Source: Mobula hypostoma (Eukaryota). From it: 64,000 nt of DNA. Below are positions 50,900 to 61,639 of the stretch, piece after piece. Under the pieces are notes generated by a model, which did no database searches, was not told the origin of the DNA, and saw only the letters and a list, made by a program, of their open reading frames with translations. Location of the stretch: contig NC_086097.1 in assembly GCF_963921235.1 (NCBI RefSeq), positions 55,926,001 through 55,990,000 of the forward strand, in the 5' to 3' direction. The position numbers and the translations under genes were made by a program. Every line of letters begins with the position of its first letter. Positions within the stretch are counted from its first letter, which is position 1.

Positions 50900-52645
50900 A
50901 AAGTTCAAAGTAGACTAATTATCAAAGTAGATAGTACATGTCACCATGTACAACCCAGAGATTCATTTCCTTGTGGGCATACTCAATAAATGCATAACAG
51001 AATAACGATCATAGTAGATTCAATGAAAGACTGCACTAACATGCGTGTTCTGCCAGTGTGCAGAAGACAACAAATTGCACAACTATAACAAGAAAGAAAG
51101 AATAATAAATAAATAAGCAACAAATATCAAGAACCTGAGATGAAGAGTTCTTGAAAGAAAGTCAATCGGTTGTGAGAACATTTCAATGATGGGGTAAATG
51201 AAGTTGAGTGAAGTTATCCCCTTTGGTTCAAGAGCCTGATGGTTGACGGGTATTAACTGTTGTTGAACCTGGCGGTGTGAGTCCTGAGGCTTGAGTACCT
51301 TCTTCCTGATAGCAGCAGCAAGAAGAGAGCATATGCTGAGTGGTGGGGATCCCTAATGATGGATGCTGCATTCCTGTGATAGCGTTTAATGTAGATGTGC
51401 TCAATGGTGGGGAGGGCTTTACCCATGATGGACTAGACCGTATCCACTACTTCGCAGGATTTTCCATTCAAGAGCATTGGTGTTTCTATACCAGGCTGTG
51501 ATGCAGCCAGTCAATATACTCTCCACTATACAGCTATAGATGTTTGTCAAAGTTTGAGAACTCTTGCCGAATCTTCCTAATTTCCTTAGGAAGCAGAGGC
51601 GCTGTTGTGCTTTCTTCAAAATTGCCCAGGACTGGTCCTCTGAAATAATAACACCGAGGAATTTAAAGTTGTTGACCATCTCCACTTCTGATCCTCTGAT
51701 CCTCCACCAAGGACTGGCTTATGGACCTCCAGTTTCCTCCTCCTAAAGTCAATAATCAGGTCCTTGGTCTTGCTGACATGGAGTAGAAAGGATGCTGTTA
51801 TAGCACCACTCAGCAGATTTTCAGTCTTCCTCCTATATGCTGATTCATCACCACCTTTGACTCAGCCAGTGTTGTGTGCAAACTTGAATATGGCATTGGA
51901 GCTGTGCTTATCCACACAATCACAAGTGTAAAGCGAGTAGAGCAGAGGACTAAGCACATAGCCTTGTGGTGCACCTGTGCTGATGGAGATCATGGAGGAG
52001 ATGTTGTTGCCAATCCAAACTGTCTAGGATCTGCAGGTGAAGAAATCACGTAGCCAATTGCACAAGGAGGTTTTGAAGCCAATGGTCTAGCAGCTTATTG
52101 ATTAGTTTTGAGGAGATGACGGTATTAGAAACCGAGCTGTACTCGATGAAGAGTATTTTGATGTACAGTATGCATCTTTGCTGACCAGTTGTTCCAGGGT
52201 TGAGTGAGGAGCCAATGAGATGACATCTGCTGTGGACCTGTTCCTCCAGTAAGCAAATTGGAGTGGCTCCAAGTCGCTTCTCAAGCAGGAGTTGATATGT
52301 TTCATCACCAACCTCTCAAAGCACTTCACACTGTAGATCTAAGTGCTTCTTGACAATAGCATTTGAGGCAGGTCACCATGCATAGTTGAAGCCTGCTTGA
52401 AGCAGATGGGTACCTCAGGCTGCTAAAGCAAGAGGTTAAAAATTTCAGTGAACTCTCCAGCCAGTTGATCAGCACAGGTCTTTAGTACCTGGCCAGGTAG
52501 CTTGTCTGGGCAGTATACCTTTCGTGGGTTCACCACATGAAGTCTGCTTGCATGTTGACCTCAGAGTCTGAAATCATAGAATCATCGGGGTTGTGGGAGT
52601 TCGTGATGGTTCCTCCATGTTTTGATGGTCAAAGCGAGCACAGAA
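50900..52645 (-). mobile_element. Rex1/Babar-clade LINE, 5'-truncated
   Basis: MKCFERLVMKHINSCLRSDLEPLQFAYWRNRSTADVI (52102-52329) and VNNFKFLGVIISED...KKAQQRLCFLRKL...IVESILTGCITAWY (51419-51685). Confidence 0.93.
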
Positions 52646-53517
52646 AATAAGGGACAGTAAGAGATTGCATTTATACAATGCCTTTCACAAGATCATTATT
52701 GTGTAGCAGGGTTACTACGTAATGTGTATTGCTGCTATGAGGGTCTAGTGTGTGTTGTCATAACCGGGGAAGGGAATTCCTAGTAGGTGAATAGTGTGGA
52801 AAATGGTGAAAGCTTTTAAACTAGGCTTCTGGATGCCTTGACAAAAAGTATTCAGGTTTTTGATACTATTCCAAATGCCATGGGCTAACAATCCCAATAA
52901 GTTAGTGAGGATATAACTCTTTTTTAAGAAGGTTTTCAGAACATCTTTAATCATGAGCCTTCATGTGCAGGGCTTGAGGTCTTGATCTTCAGACACTTTT
53001 CCTCAGATAGCTAAAAACTGTATTGGTGCACTGAAGACATTGGCTATTTTTTTGTCATCCATAACTGCTTTTACTCAGCAATGGTTATTGAGTTACAGGG
53101 GATGATACATTTTTTTCAGGATCTCCTTTGTGGATCTTTATTGCCAAGGGACAATGCTCTCTCATGAGGGTAGGTTGCTAAAAGACTTCACTTTGCGGAT
53201 GATTACTGAGTATACCAGTGAGTGTGTTGGAGAAGATTTGGATCCTGGCTTCCCAACATACACAAATGAAACACCCATCTACCTGCCTTAGCTCTGAGAA
53301 TGAAGGAAGAATGCCTTGCTTCTGGAGTGGAGGTGAATTAGCTTGAACATTTTCCCATGTGCTGCAGATTATCTCCACTTCAGTAGGAAGCATGTTGGAA
53401 ATGCGGTGTAAAATTAAGGGTAGAAAGATAAGAGAAAGGTTGGGACGAGGATGCAACCTTCTTGATACCAGTCTACATTGAGACTATTTCCTTCCCCTTC
53501 CCCAATCATTTTATTCT

Positions 53518-54550
53518 GGCCTCAACAGCGGTCTGTGGTAATAAATACCACAAGTTCACCACCCTCTGCCTAAAGAAATTTCTCTGCATCTCTGTTTTAA
53601 ATGGATGCCCCTCTATCCTGAGGCTGTGCCCTCTTGTCCTAGACCTCCCACCATGGGAAACATCCTTTACACATCTACTCTATCTAGGCCTTTCAATGTT
53701 TGAAAGGCTTCAATGAGATTCCCCCATTCATCTTTCTAAGTTCCAGTGAGTACTGACCCGGAGCTTTTAATTGTTCCTCGTATGGTAACACTTTCATTCC
53801 TAGAATCATCCTTGTGAATCGCCTCTGGACCCGTTCCAATGCCAGCACATCTTCTCTTGGATGAGGAGCCCAAAACTGTTCACAATACTCAAGGTGAGAC
53901 CTCACCATTGCCTTATAAAGCCTCAGCATCACATCCCTGCTCTTGTATTCTAGACCTCTTGAAATGAATGCTAACATTGCATTTTCCCTCCTCACCACCG
54001 ACTACCTGCAAGTTAACCTTTAGGGTGTTCTGCACAAGGACTCCCAAGTCCGTTTGCATTCAGACTTTTGGATTTTCTCCCCATTTAGAAAATAGGCTGC
54101 ATATTTATTTCTTCTACCAAAGTGCATGACCATGCATTTTCCAACATTATATTTCATTTGCTACTTTCTTGCCCATTCTCCTAATCTGTCTAAGTCTTTC
54201 TTCAGCCTACCTGTTTCCTCAACATTACCAGCTCCTCTACCAATCTTCGCATCACCTGCAAATTTGGCAACAAAGCCATCTATTTCATCATTTAAATCAT
54301 TGATATACAGGACAAAAAGAAGCAGTTCCAACACCGACCCCCATGGAACACCACTAGTCACTGGCAGCCAACCAGAAAAGGATCCATTTATTCCCACTTG
54401 CTGCCTCCTACCGATCACCCAATACTCCAACTATGCCAGTAACTCCCCTGCAATACCATGGACTCTTAACTTGGTAAGCAGCCTCATGTGTGGCACCTTG
54501 TCAAAAGCCTTCTGTAAGTCCAAATATACAATATCCACTGCATCCCCTTA
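53518..54550 (-). mobile_element. CR1 LINE RT fragment
   Basis: RQQVGINGSFSGWLPVTSGVPWGSVL...YINDL...KFAGDAKIG and YKSRDVMLRLYKAMVRSHLEYCEQFWAP...LERVQRRFTRMI. Confidence 0.93.
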
Positions 54551-54579
54551 GATGCAGAATGAATTTGTTATGGACTTGA

Positions 54580-55030
54580 AGGTTAAGATCACTGTGTGTA
54601 TTTCATTAGGATGAAATTTCTGAGGGCGACCAAGTTCTAAATTGATGCAAAATGATCCCCTCTCATTTAACTGTCAATGACCTTTGTGAGTCCAAAATGT
54701 CTATGCCACTTTTTCATTTATCTTGGAGTCATCACATGATGAACATCTATCCGTTGTGCCTATAAGTAGATGGAATCCAAACTCTGGGAGGAGGTGGTTG
54801 AGAAGGACCCAGGCAATAATTTTTTCTTTTGTGATCACAATTGGATTTTTCTGCTGACTTCTGGCATCTCTGAGCTTTTCTTGGCAAGTCCTCCTGTCTC
54901 CATGAGGACACAATGTTGCGAATGTACGTTTTAAAGTCATCTTCCACAAGTCTTAGAACCTCCCTAGGCATTGTTGTCATAAGCAATTCAAACAGCAATG
55001 AGATTAGATAATTAGATCTCCACATTTGAC
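54580..55030 (-). mobile_element. Old RTE-clade RT fragment
   Basis: KIIAWVLLNHLLPEFGFHLLIGTTD resembles the RTE motif GKILARVLLNRL...LPESQCGFR...TTD. Confidence 0.55.
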
Positions 55031-56378
55031 GGTCTCATTCAAGCACTCCAGGATTTGAGGGAACTTCCTTGCTCTTCTAAAGGGTACTGTTTTTTTATAT
55101 CTACATATGACAGGAAATAAGATCTTGATTTACACTCTTAGATCCAATATGATTTATAAAATAAGCAAGCATTTCACATTCCAAATGGTAAACTGCTTTC
55201 AATTGGCCTGACAATGAGTCTTTTACAGCAAATACAGGTTAAAAATCTCCCCAGTTGTTAAGTTATATTGATATTTTGAGATGCAAATGAGTTTTTTGAT
55301 TATAATGCTAGTATTGCCAGAAGTATGAACAGAGGTAATACATTTCATCTCAGGCTAATCGATAGTTATATTGTGGAAACACATTACTCACTAATGTACT
55401 TATGAATACACCTTGTTCATATTGTTTGCTTTGCAAAGTTGAGAATCAATAGCAAAGTCCAGCATAAAAATACACACAATCATTCCAAAATCACAATTAC
55501 AAGCTGAACATTTTGTTCACATATTTTACCTGCTGTTGAGTGAACTGGTGGCTCACTCAAGCTAACAAGTACATGCCAATAAAGGTCATCTTGGCAGCTA
55601 TAGTTATATGGCGGCTTGAGGTCTATAAACAGCCGCCTTTATCTATTATTGTTTTCATCTTTAGTACTTTGCCTCTGGAATAATGTGGTAAGAAAAGAGC
55701 TCTTGCATTGACTCTCCATTTTACAATATAGATATCACAGCAAAATAGTTGTCTCAAGTGCTGACACTGGAAAACAAATCACAACAAGCATAGGTATAAC
55801 AGTTTTATGGGATATGGGATATGGGATATCCGATTTTCTGAAAGGAAAAAAGTTATTGGACTTTCCCTGATGGTGAAAGATTGCTATTGAGAAGTTAACA
55901 TTATGTTACAAAATAGGTGTAATTTTGGAATGTTATGGTTGAATAGATATACAGAGGACATTAACAAGATTACAATAAGAAAATATATTCATAAGCATTT
56001 GCTAACTAGTTATATGTACATTGTTTAAAATTAAAAGGATTAATTGAAACACGCCATCAAATTAATTATAAACTGAATATTTAATAAAGTCTTTATTTTT
56101 TGTTAATGTGCTAGCATTTTCAAAATATGCTTTATATTCTTTGGCACATTTAATATATCTATGCATTTCCTACTTTCCTAAGTATTACATAACTGAGATA
56201 TTTATTGTCAAATCTAGATACTTATTGAAGTGATTGCAGGATATTCATGGATAAAAGTAATTTGGCTAGGCAGTGTCAGTGCATGTTTGATAATGCAAGC
56301 TGCAAATCTCTGAATTTATCCTGGTGTTTAGCCACTGTAGCGATATAGTATGAAGCAACTAGGTGGAGGGGGTGGATA

Positions 56379-56565
56379 TTCACGCAGTGGCCATTTTGTT
56401 AGGTACTCCTGTATAATTGCTCGTTAATGCCAATATCTAAACAGCCAATCACGTGGCAGAAACTCAGTGCATTAAAGCATTCAGACATGGTCAAGAGATC
56501 AGTTGTTGTTTACATCAAACTTCAAAATGGGAAAACAATGTGATCTAGGTGACTTTGACCATTGG
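56379..56565 (+). mobile_element. Truncated copy of the Tc1 family seen at 1670
   Basis: CACGCAGTGGCCATTTTGTTAGGTAC start, MGKQCDLGDFDH, colinear with 1670-1835. Confidence 0.85.
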
Positions 56566-57449
56566 GCCAGAAGGGGAGGTTGGGGACAAACGTGGGAAAA
56601 TGGGATTAAGTATCTTGGTTGGAATGGACCAGGTGAGCCAAAAAGGACAAGTTGTTTCTGTGCTGAAAGGCTGTTAGCTTCCAAGGGGGTGGGGGCACTG
56701 GGGTTGGAGAGGGAGAGAGAGAAAAGGACAAGGTAAGGGAGAGGGAGAGAGAAAGTGACTAGCAAACGGTCTGATTAAGTGGTATAATAAATAACATCTC
56801 AAACGTAAGACAATTTGTGGATAGAGGTCAATGTAAGAATGTGTATTTTGTAAGCACAATTTAATTTAAAGCTATCATCCAATATACAGAAATATTCTCA
56901 TCCAAATTTTCATTTACTAATTCACAGCACATACATGTGAACTGAAGGAAAAGGCAGTTGAAAAAATATAAAATAATTGCAATGGTCTGTCATTTGAGGT
57001 AATGTTCTAATCCTAATATTGTTATTACTCATGTCTGCATTTATTTCAGATTTATTCATATACTGGAAATGCATCAAGAGTGTTTCAATTGTTGGTGTTT
57101 ATGTTACAACACATATTTAGCATTTCACACAAAAGGCTTTGCATTTTTCATCGAAAGATTACAAAATCACTGAACACAATGGAACTTTAATGAGATTTCA
57201 GCTTTATAACACTCATTTAATTTGATGCTGGCAAAATAAATATCTGTTTCAACATAATTTTAGACATTCCTCCATTAAAAACTTCTGAAGATTTGACTTT
57301 GTAAAGTAATTAAATCTAAAGTATGAGTAGAAGATGGAACTGATACCAGTTAAATATTGTTTTTAAGTCCCCACGAGCTGATCAACTCAAAACTGTTCCA
57401 AAATGATCTCTTCAATGTCCTTTATAAAAATCATGGGACAATCTTTCAT

Positions 57450-58172
57450 GGTGGAAGTACATGGTGGAAGGTGATAGGTGATGAGGGAATGGGAGGACGA
57501 AGTACATGGTGGAAGGTGATAGGTGATGAGGGGAGGGGAGTGGAGGAAGAAGTACATGGTGGCAGGTGAACAGTGAGACTGGGAAAAAGGCAGGGGGTGA
57601 AGTAAAAAGTTGGGAAGTTTGTTAGTGAAAGAGATAAAGTGCTGGAGAAGCTGGTATCTGATAGGAGAGGGTAGAAGACCATGAAGAAAGGGAAGGAGAA
57701 GGTCTTGGACAGGTAAGGAGATAAGGTGAGAGAGGGAAACAGGAATGGGGATTAGTGAAGGGGGGGGGCAATTACCAGATGTTCGAGAAATCGATGTTCA
57801 TGCTATCAGATTGGAGGCTACCCAGACGGAATATTCGGTGTGGCTCCTCCGAATTGAGTGTGGCCTCATTGTGGCAGTAGAGAAGGCCACAGACTGACAT
57901 GTCAGAATGGGAATGGGAAGTGGAATTAAAATGGGGCTACAGGGAGATCCCATTTTTCTTGTGGATGGAGTATAGGTGCCTGGCAAAGCAGTGTCCCAAT
58001 CTACGTTGGGTCTCACCGATATACAGGAGGCCAGACCGGGAACACTGGATACAGTAGATGACCCCACAGACTCGCAAGTGAAGTATCACCTCACCTGGAA
58101 GGTCTGTTTGGTGCACTGAATGGAAGTGAGGGAGGAGGTGTGGGGGCAGGTGTGGCACTTGTAGTGAGGGAG
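57450..58172 (-). mobile_element. Penelope-like element, GIY-YIG endonuclease and 3' region
   Basis: GVIYCIQCSRSGLLYIGETQRRLGHCFARHL matches the Penelope GIY-YIG motif (VIYxIxCxxCxxxYIGET). Confidence 0.92.
57454..57575 (+). repeat. Tandem triplication of about 45-50 bp in the Penelope 3' region
   Basis: GAAGTACATGGTGG(A/C)AGGTGA starts at 57454, 57499 and 57549. Confidence 0.9.
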
Positions 58173-58173
58173 G

Positions 58174-58393
58174 AACATAGAACATAGAAATCTGCAGCGC
58201 ATTACAGGCCCTTCGGCGCACAATGTTGTGCCGACCATGTACCCTACTCTAGAAACTGCCTAGAATTTCTCTACTGTATAGCCCTCTAATTTCCTAAGCT
58301 CTATGTAGCTATCTAAGAGTTTCTTAAAAGACCCTATTGTATCTGCCTCTACCACCTTTGCTGGCAGTGCATTCCATTCACCCACCACTCTCT
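58174..58393 (-). mobile_element. CR1 LINE 3' tail
   Basis: (AACATAG)n terminal repeat, CAGGCCCTTCGGCGCACAATG and GGCAGTGCATTCCA..CACCCACCACTCTCTG. Confidence 0.88.
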
Positions 58394-58779
58394 GGAGGAG
58401 CTGCTCCATTTTTAATTCCAGTTCTGTGCTAAATTTTGTTCATCCCAGCTATGGAGTTTCCCATGTGTCCTTATCTCTGTGATAAGCTGGGGCTAAAATC
58501 AAGGCTCTCACTCCTGATAATATAATACTATTCCAACCCTGACCATGCATAGTATAAAAGTCAAATAAGGGCAATGTAGAAGTTAACCACGAAGCTGCCC
58601 ATGATAAAATAGTTCACTGACCCTTCTTGTTTAGGCCCCATATGAAGGATGGCTATTTGCTCAGAGAACCAGTGCAGGTCAGTGCCATTGGGCAGACAAA
58701 TGGAAGATATTTATTTTAATTATAATATTTTTACCACATCTACATTGTATGTAAAATTTTATTACCAAAATTAGTTCAT

Positions 58780-59076
58780 GGGGTGGTATAGTGGTGTAGT
58801 AGTTAGCGTAACACTTTACACCACTGACAATAAAAGTGCGATTCTTGCCGCTGTCTCCATGGTAACTGTATAGTCTCTGGTTTCCGCTCGCATTCCAAAG
58901 GTGTACGGGTTAGTGTTAGCCAGTTGGGAACAGTCTATGCTGGCGCCAGAAGCATGGCAACACTTGTGGGCAGCCCCCAGCACATCCTTGGACTGTGTTG
59001 TTCATCGACGCAAGCGATGCATTTCACTGTACGTTTCGATCTTTCGATGTACATGTGAAAACTAAAACTAATCTTT
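58780..59076 (+). mobile_element. tRNA SINE with V-like core and an alternative LINE-type tail
   Basis: Head GTGGTATAGTGGTGTAGTAGTTAGCG, core CTCTGGTTTCC...CATTCCAAAG and tail GCATTTCACTGTACGTTTCGA...TGTACATGTGA...CTAATCTT. Confidence 0.75.
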
Positions 59077-59089
59077 AGTTCCATTTAAT

Positions 59090-59214
59090 AGAAAATCTGC
59101 AGATGCTGCAAGTCCAGAGCCACACACACAAAATGCTGGAGGAACTCAGGAGGTCAGGCAGCATCTGTGGAAAAGCGTACACAGTTGACGTTTCGGGCCA
59201 CGGCCCTTCAGCAG
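59090..59214 (-). mobile_element. Penelope-like terminal repeat with the best preserved hammerhead core
   Basis: Minus strand CTGCTGA-AGGGCCGTGGCCC-GAAA-CGTC-AACTG, then AGATGCTGCCTGACCTCCTGAGTTCCTCCAGCATTTTGTGTGTG. Confidence 0.88.
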
Positions 59215-60244
59215 ATTTTGCCAGATTAATAATTCTGTGCAGACTTTAAAATGATCAGGGGTTGAACAGATCTGAAACGTTCTTTTACAGCACATTAATG
59301 TTCGTACAACAGAAAAAAACTTTCACGTTACTGTATCATCTTTTAGCGTATGCTATTTATTCATTGGCTTAAACTCTTATGTTCTGGTGAGGCCCAAGAG
59401 TCATTACAACTTGTGTGACCTGATGCCAACTATTTATTTAATGCAAATCATTATAATTTAGATTCAAATGCATTATCATTTTAACACAGTACTTAATAAT
59501 TGTGAAGTACTGTGTAAAAATTACATCGACACAATAATAAATTTTATCAAGTAAAGTGTTGCCACAGGAATTCAAATTCTGACCTATGATTCAATTACCA
59601 ATGAAGCAAGCACATGCCCCAGTGCCAATGAATTTGCTGAAGAAAGTGAGGTTTAAAATATAAAAGACATTAAGCACCTCGCAATAATGTTATCACAAGG
59701 TCAAGCATATACTATTATTCAAGTAATTATTGGCATGACATTTGAAAATGTGTACTGAAACAAAAAGAGGAGTATAAAATGTGACAAATTCCTCAGTCCT
59801 AGTGTCTCCAGTATTAAAGCGATTAACAGCATTAGCTGATAGCATAGTACAATATTTGGAAAATGGATTGAGTTTTGACGGCCTGTGACATTCAAAGTGT
59901 CCAGGTCACATCCATGAGACATGTTGCATGTCATTTAGCAACAGCTGGGGTTGCATGTCATCACATCTGATGGATACCTTTTTGAAATGATTATCCAGGG
60001 TTGCAAGAGAAGTAGCTAAGGCAGGAGAGGGTACAAAGTGATCAGGTAAGTAATTGCAATTCTTAGTAATTTATTGACTAATAATTTTTAATGCTGTCAC
60101 TTTACTGCTAACACTTAAAGATGAAAAACAGGAGGAAAACATCCAGATTTAGTGCACCCAAATGTTCACTTGGTGCACGGACCCATCTTTGGAGCATGAA
60201 ATCTCTTGGGAAGGGCAGAATCAAACTTAGATAAAAAGCTGATG

Positions 60245-60685
60245 AGGGGCCAGGCATAGCTTGGGCCCATGCAATTGCCCATGGCTACCCTTCAGATCTG
60301 GAGAGAGTGGGAGGAACTGAAGAAAAAATAGTTCAGGGTGAGGACCAGTTCTACCAGACAGAGGAAGGTGTTGGTGGAGGGGGATTGGTTGGTTCTTTTG
60401 TCAAAAAAGAAGTGGAGGACTTTGAGGCCTTCCTGATGAGGATAGAGGGTATAGTGAAGATGAGGCGGCCAGGGCCATTGGAAGTTACTGAGGTCAAAGG
60501 GCATGAGAAGTGTCGCGGATGTAGGTGGGAAGGGACTGAACCAAGGGGGATAGAATGAGATTTCAATATGAGAACAGGTGGGGCAGGAGCAGGCAAAGAC
60601 AATGGGCCTAGCCAGACAGTCAGGTTTGTGGATCTTGGGTAGAAGGTAGAAGCTTGGTGTCAGGGAACTATGAACTTGATGGTGG
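60245..60685 (-). mobile_element. Penelope-like RT fragment
   Basis: PHQEGLKVLHFF...STNTFLCLVELVLTLNYF...LQI, then VAMGNCMGPSYA (Penelope RT GxAMGxxxxPxYA). Confidence 0.88.
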
Positions 60686-60814
60686 AAGCAAGCAGTGTGA
60701 GGTAAGGGCTCCTAAATTAGGCTTCACTGGAACAAGGTGAAAGGACAAAGATAGAGATCTCAGTAGTAGTGGCTTCAGGAGTTAAAGTTCGTAGTACCCA
60801 ACCACTCATAGTGC

Positions 60815-60985
60815 TTCACTCCTTTACACCTCCATGCCACACCAGGATGTCCTTTGGAACTTTTGCTTCTTCCTTGAACAGAGGCCTGGATAGGATCATC
60901 ACTATTTTGTTTATCTAGTTGAACTCATTCTTCTATTGAACAACTGCTTTATTTCCATTTACTTTCTCTGTGAATACATGGCTCC
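60815..60985 (+). mobile_element. Second Penelope RT fragment, opposite orientation
   Basis: CTTTACACCTCCATGCCACACCAGGAT reads LYTSMPHQD, and CTAGTTGAACTCATTCTTCTATTGAACAAC reads LVELILLLNN. Confidence 0.65.
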
Positions 60986-60994
60986 TCCGTAGAG

Positions 60995-61600
60995 AGGGTT
61001 AAGTGTACCAAGTTCCTGGGAGTTCACATCATGGATGACCTCACCTGGTCCCCTTGATATCAGCTCCCTGAACAAGAAAGCAGAGCAGTGTCTCCACTTC
61101 CTAAGGAGTTTGAGGAAAGCGAGGCTTCCTTACCACCCGCTGCCCCATCCTTAACTGCATTTTACAGGAGCACCATCGAGAGCATCCTGACAAGTTGCAT
61201 CTCCATCTGTAATGGGAGCAGCCGAGCGTCGGACCGGAAGGCAGTCCCTAAGAAAGACTGTGAAGAATGGTTGAGAGGATCATAGGACTTACCATCCATC
61301 AGGGATATTTATCAGGAGCATTGTGTATGCAGGGTGCTTAGTGTTATTAAGGATCCCACCCACTCATCCAGCATCCTCTTTGACTTTCTATCATCAGGCA
61401 GGTGACTCCAATGCATGAAAACAAGATCAGTCACAATGAGAAACAGTTCTTCCCTCAGGCCATTAGGTTTCTGAACTCCCTACCTCATCACATTCAAAGT
61501 GTCATTGATTAATCTGTTCCGTACTTTACTCTATTTGATTTATGCACTATAGTTTCTTTATTTATGTGTAATCCATCAGTAGATTTCATCCTTACATTCA
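60995..61600 (+). mobile_element. Rex1/Babar-type LINE 3' end
   Basis: KFLGVHIMDDLTWS (ACCAAGTTCCTGGGAGTTCACATCATGGATGACCTCACCTGG) and LTAFYRSTIESILTSCISI. Confidence 0.88.
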
Positions 61601-61639
61601 AAAGGAGGTTTCACCTTGGAAGAGGTGTTGGCACTGGGT

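Noticed and set aside
59182..59214. An individually active hammerhead ribozyme
   Set aside because: The core reads CUGCUGA instead of CUGAUGA and the 5' strand of stem I is missing. The other copies also carry core mutations.
59999..60051. Plus-strand mini-exon ending CAG|GTAAGT
   Set aside because: It has stops in all three frames, a weak polypyrimidine tract and no partner exon that I can support.
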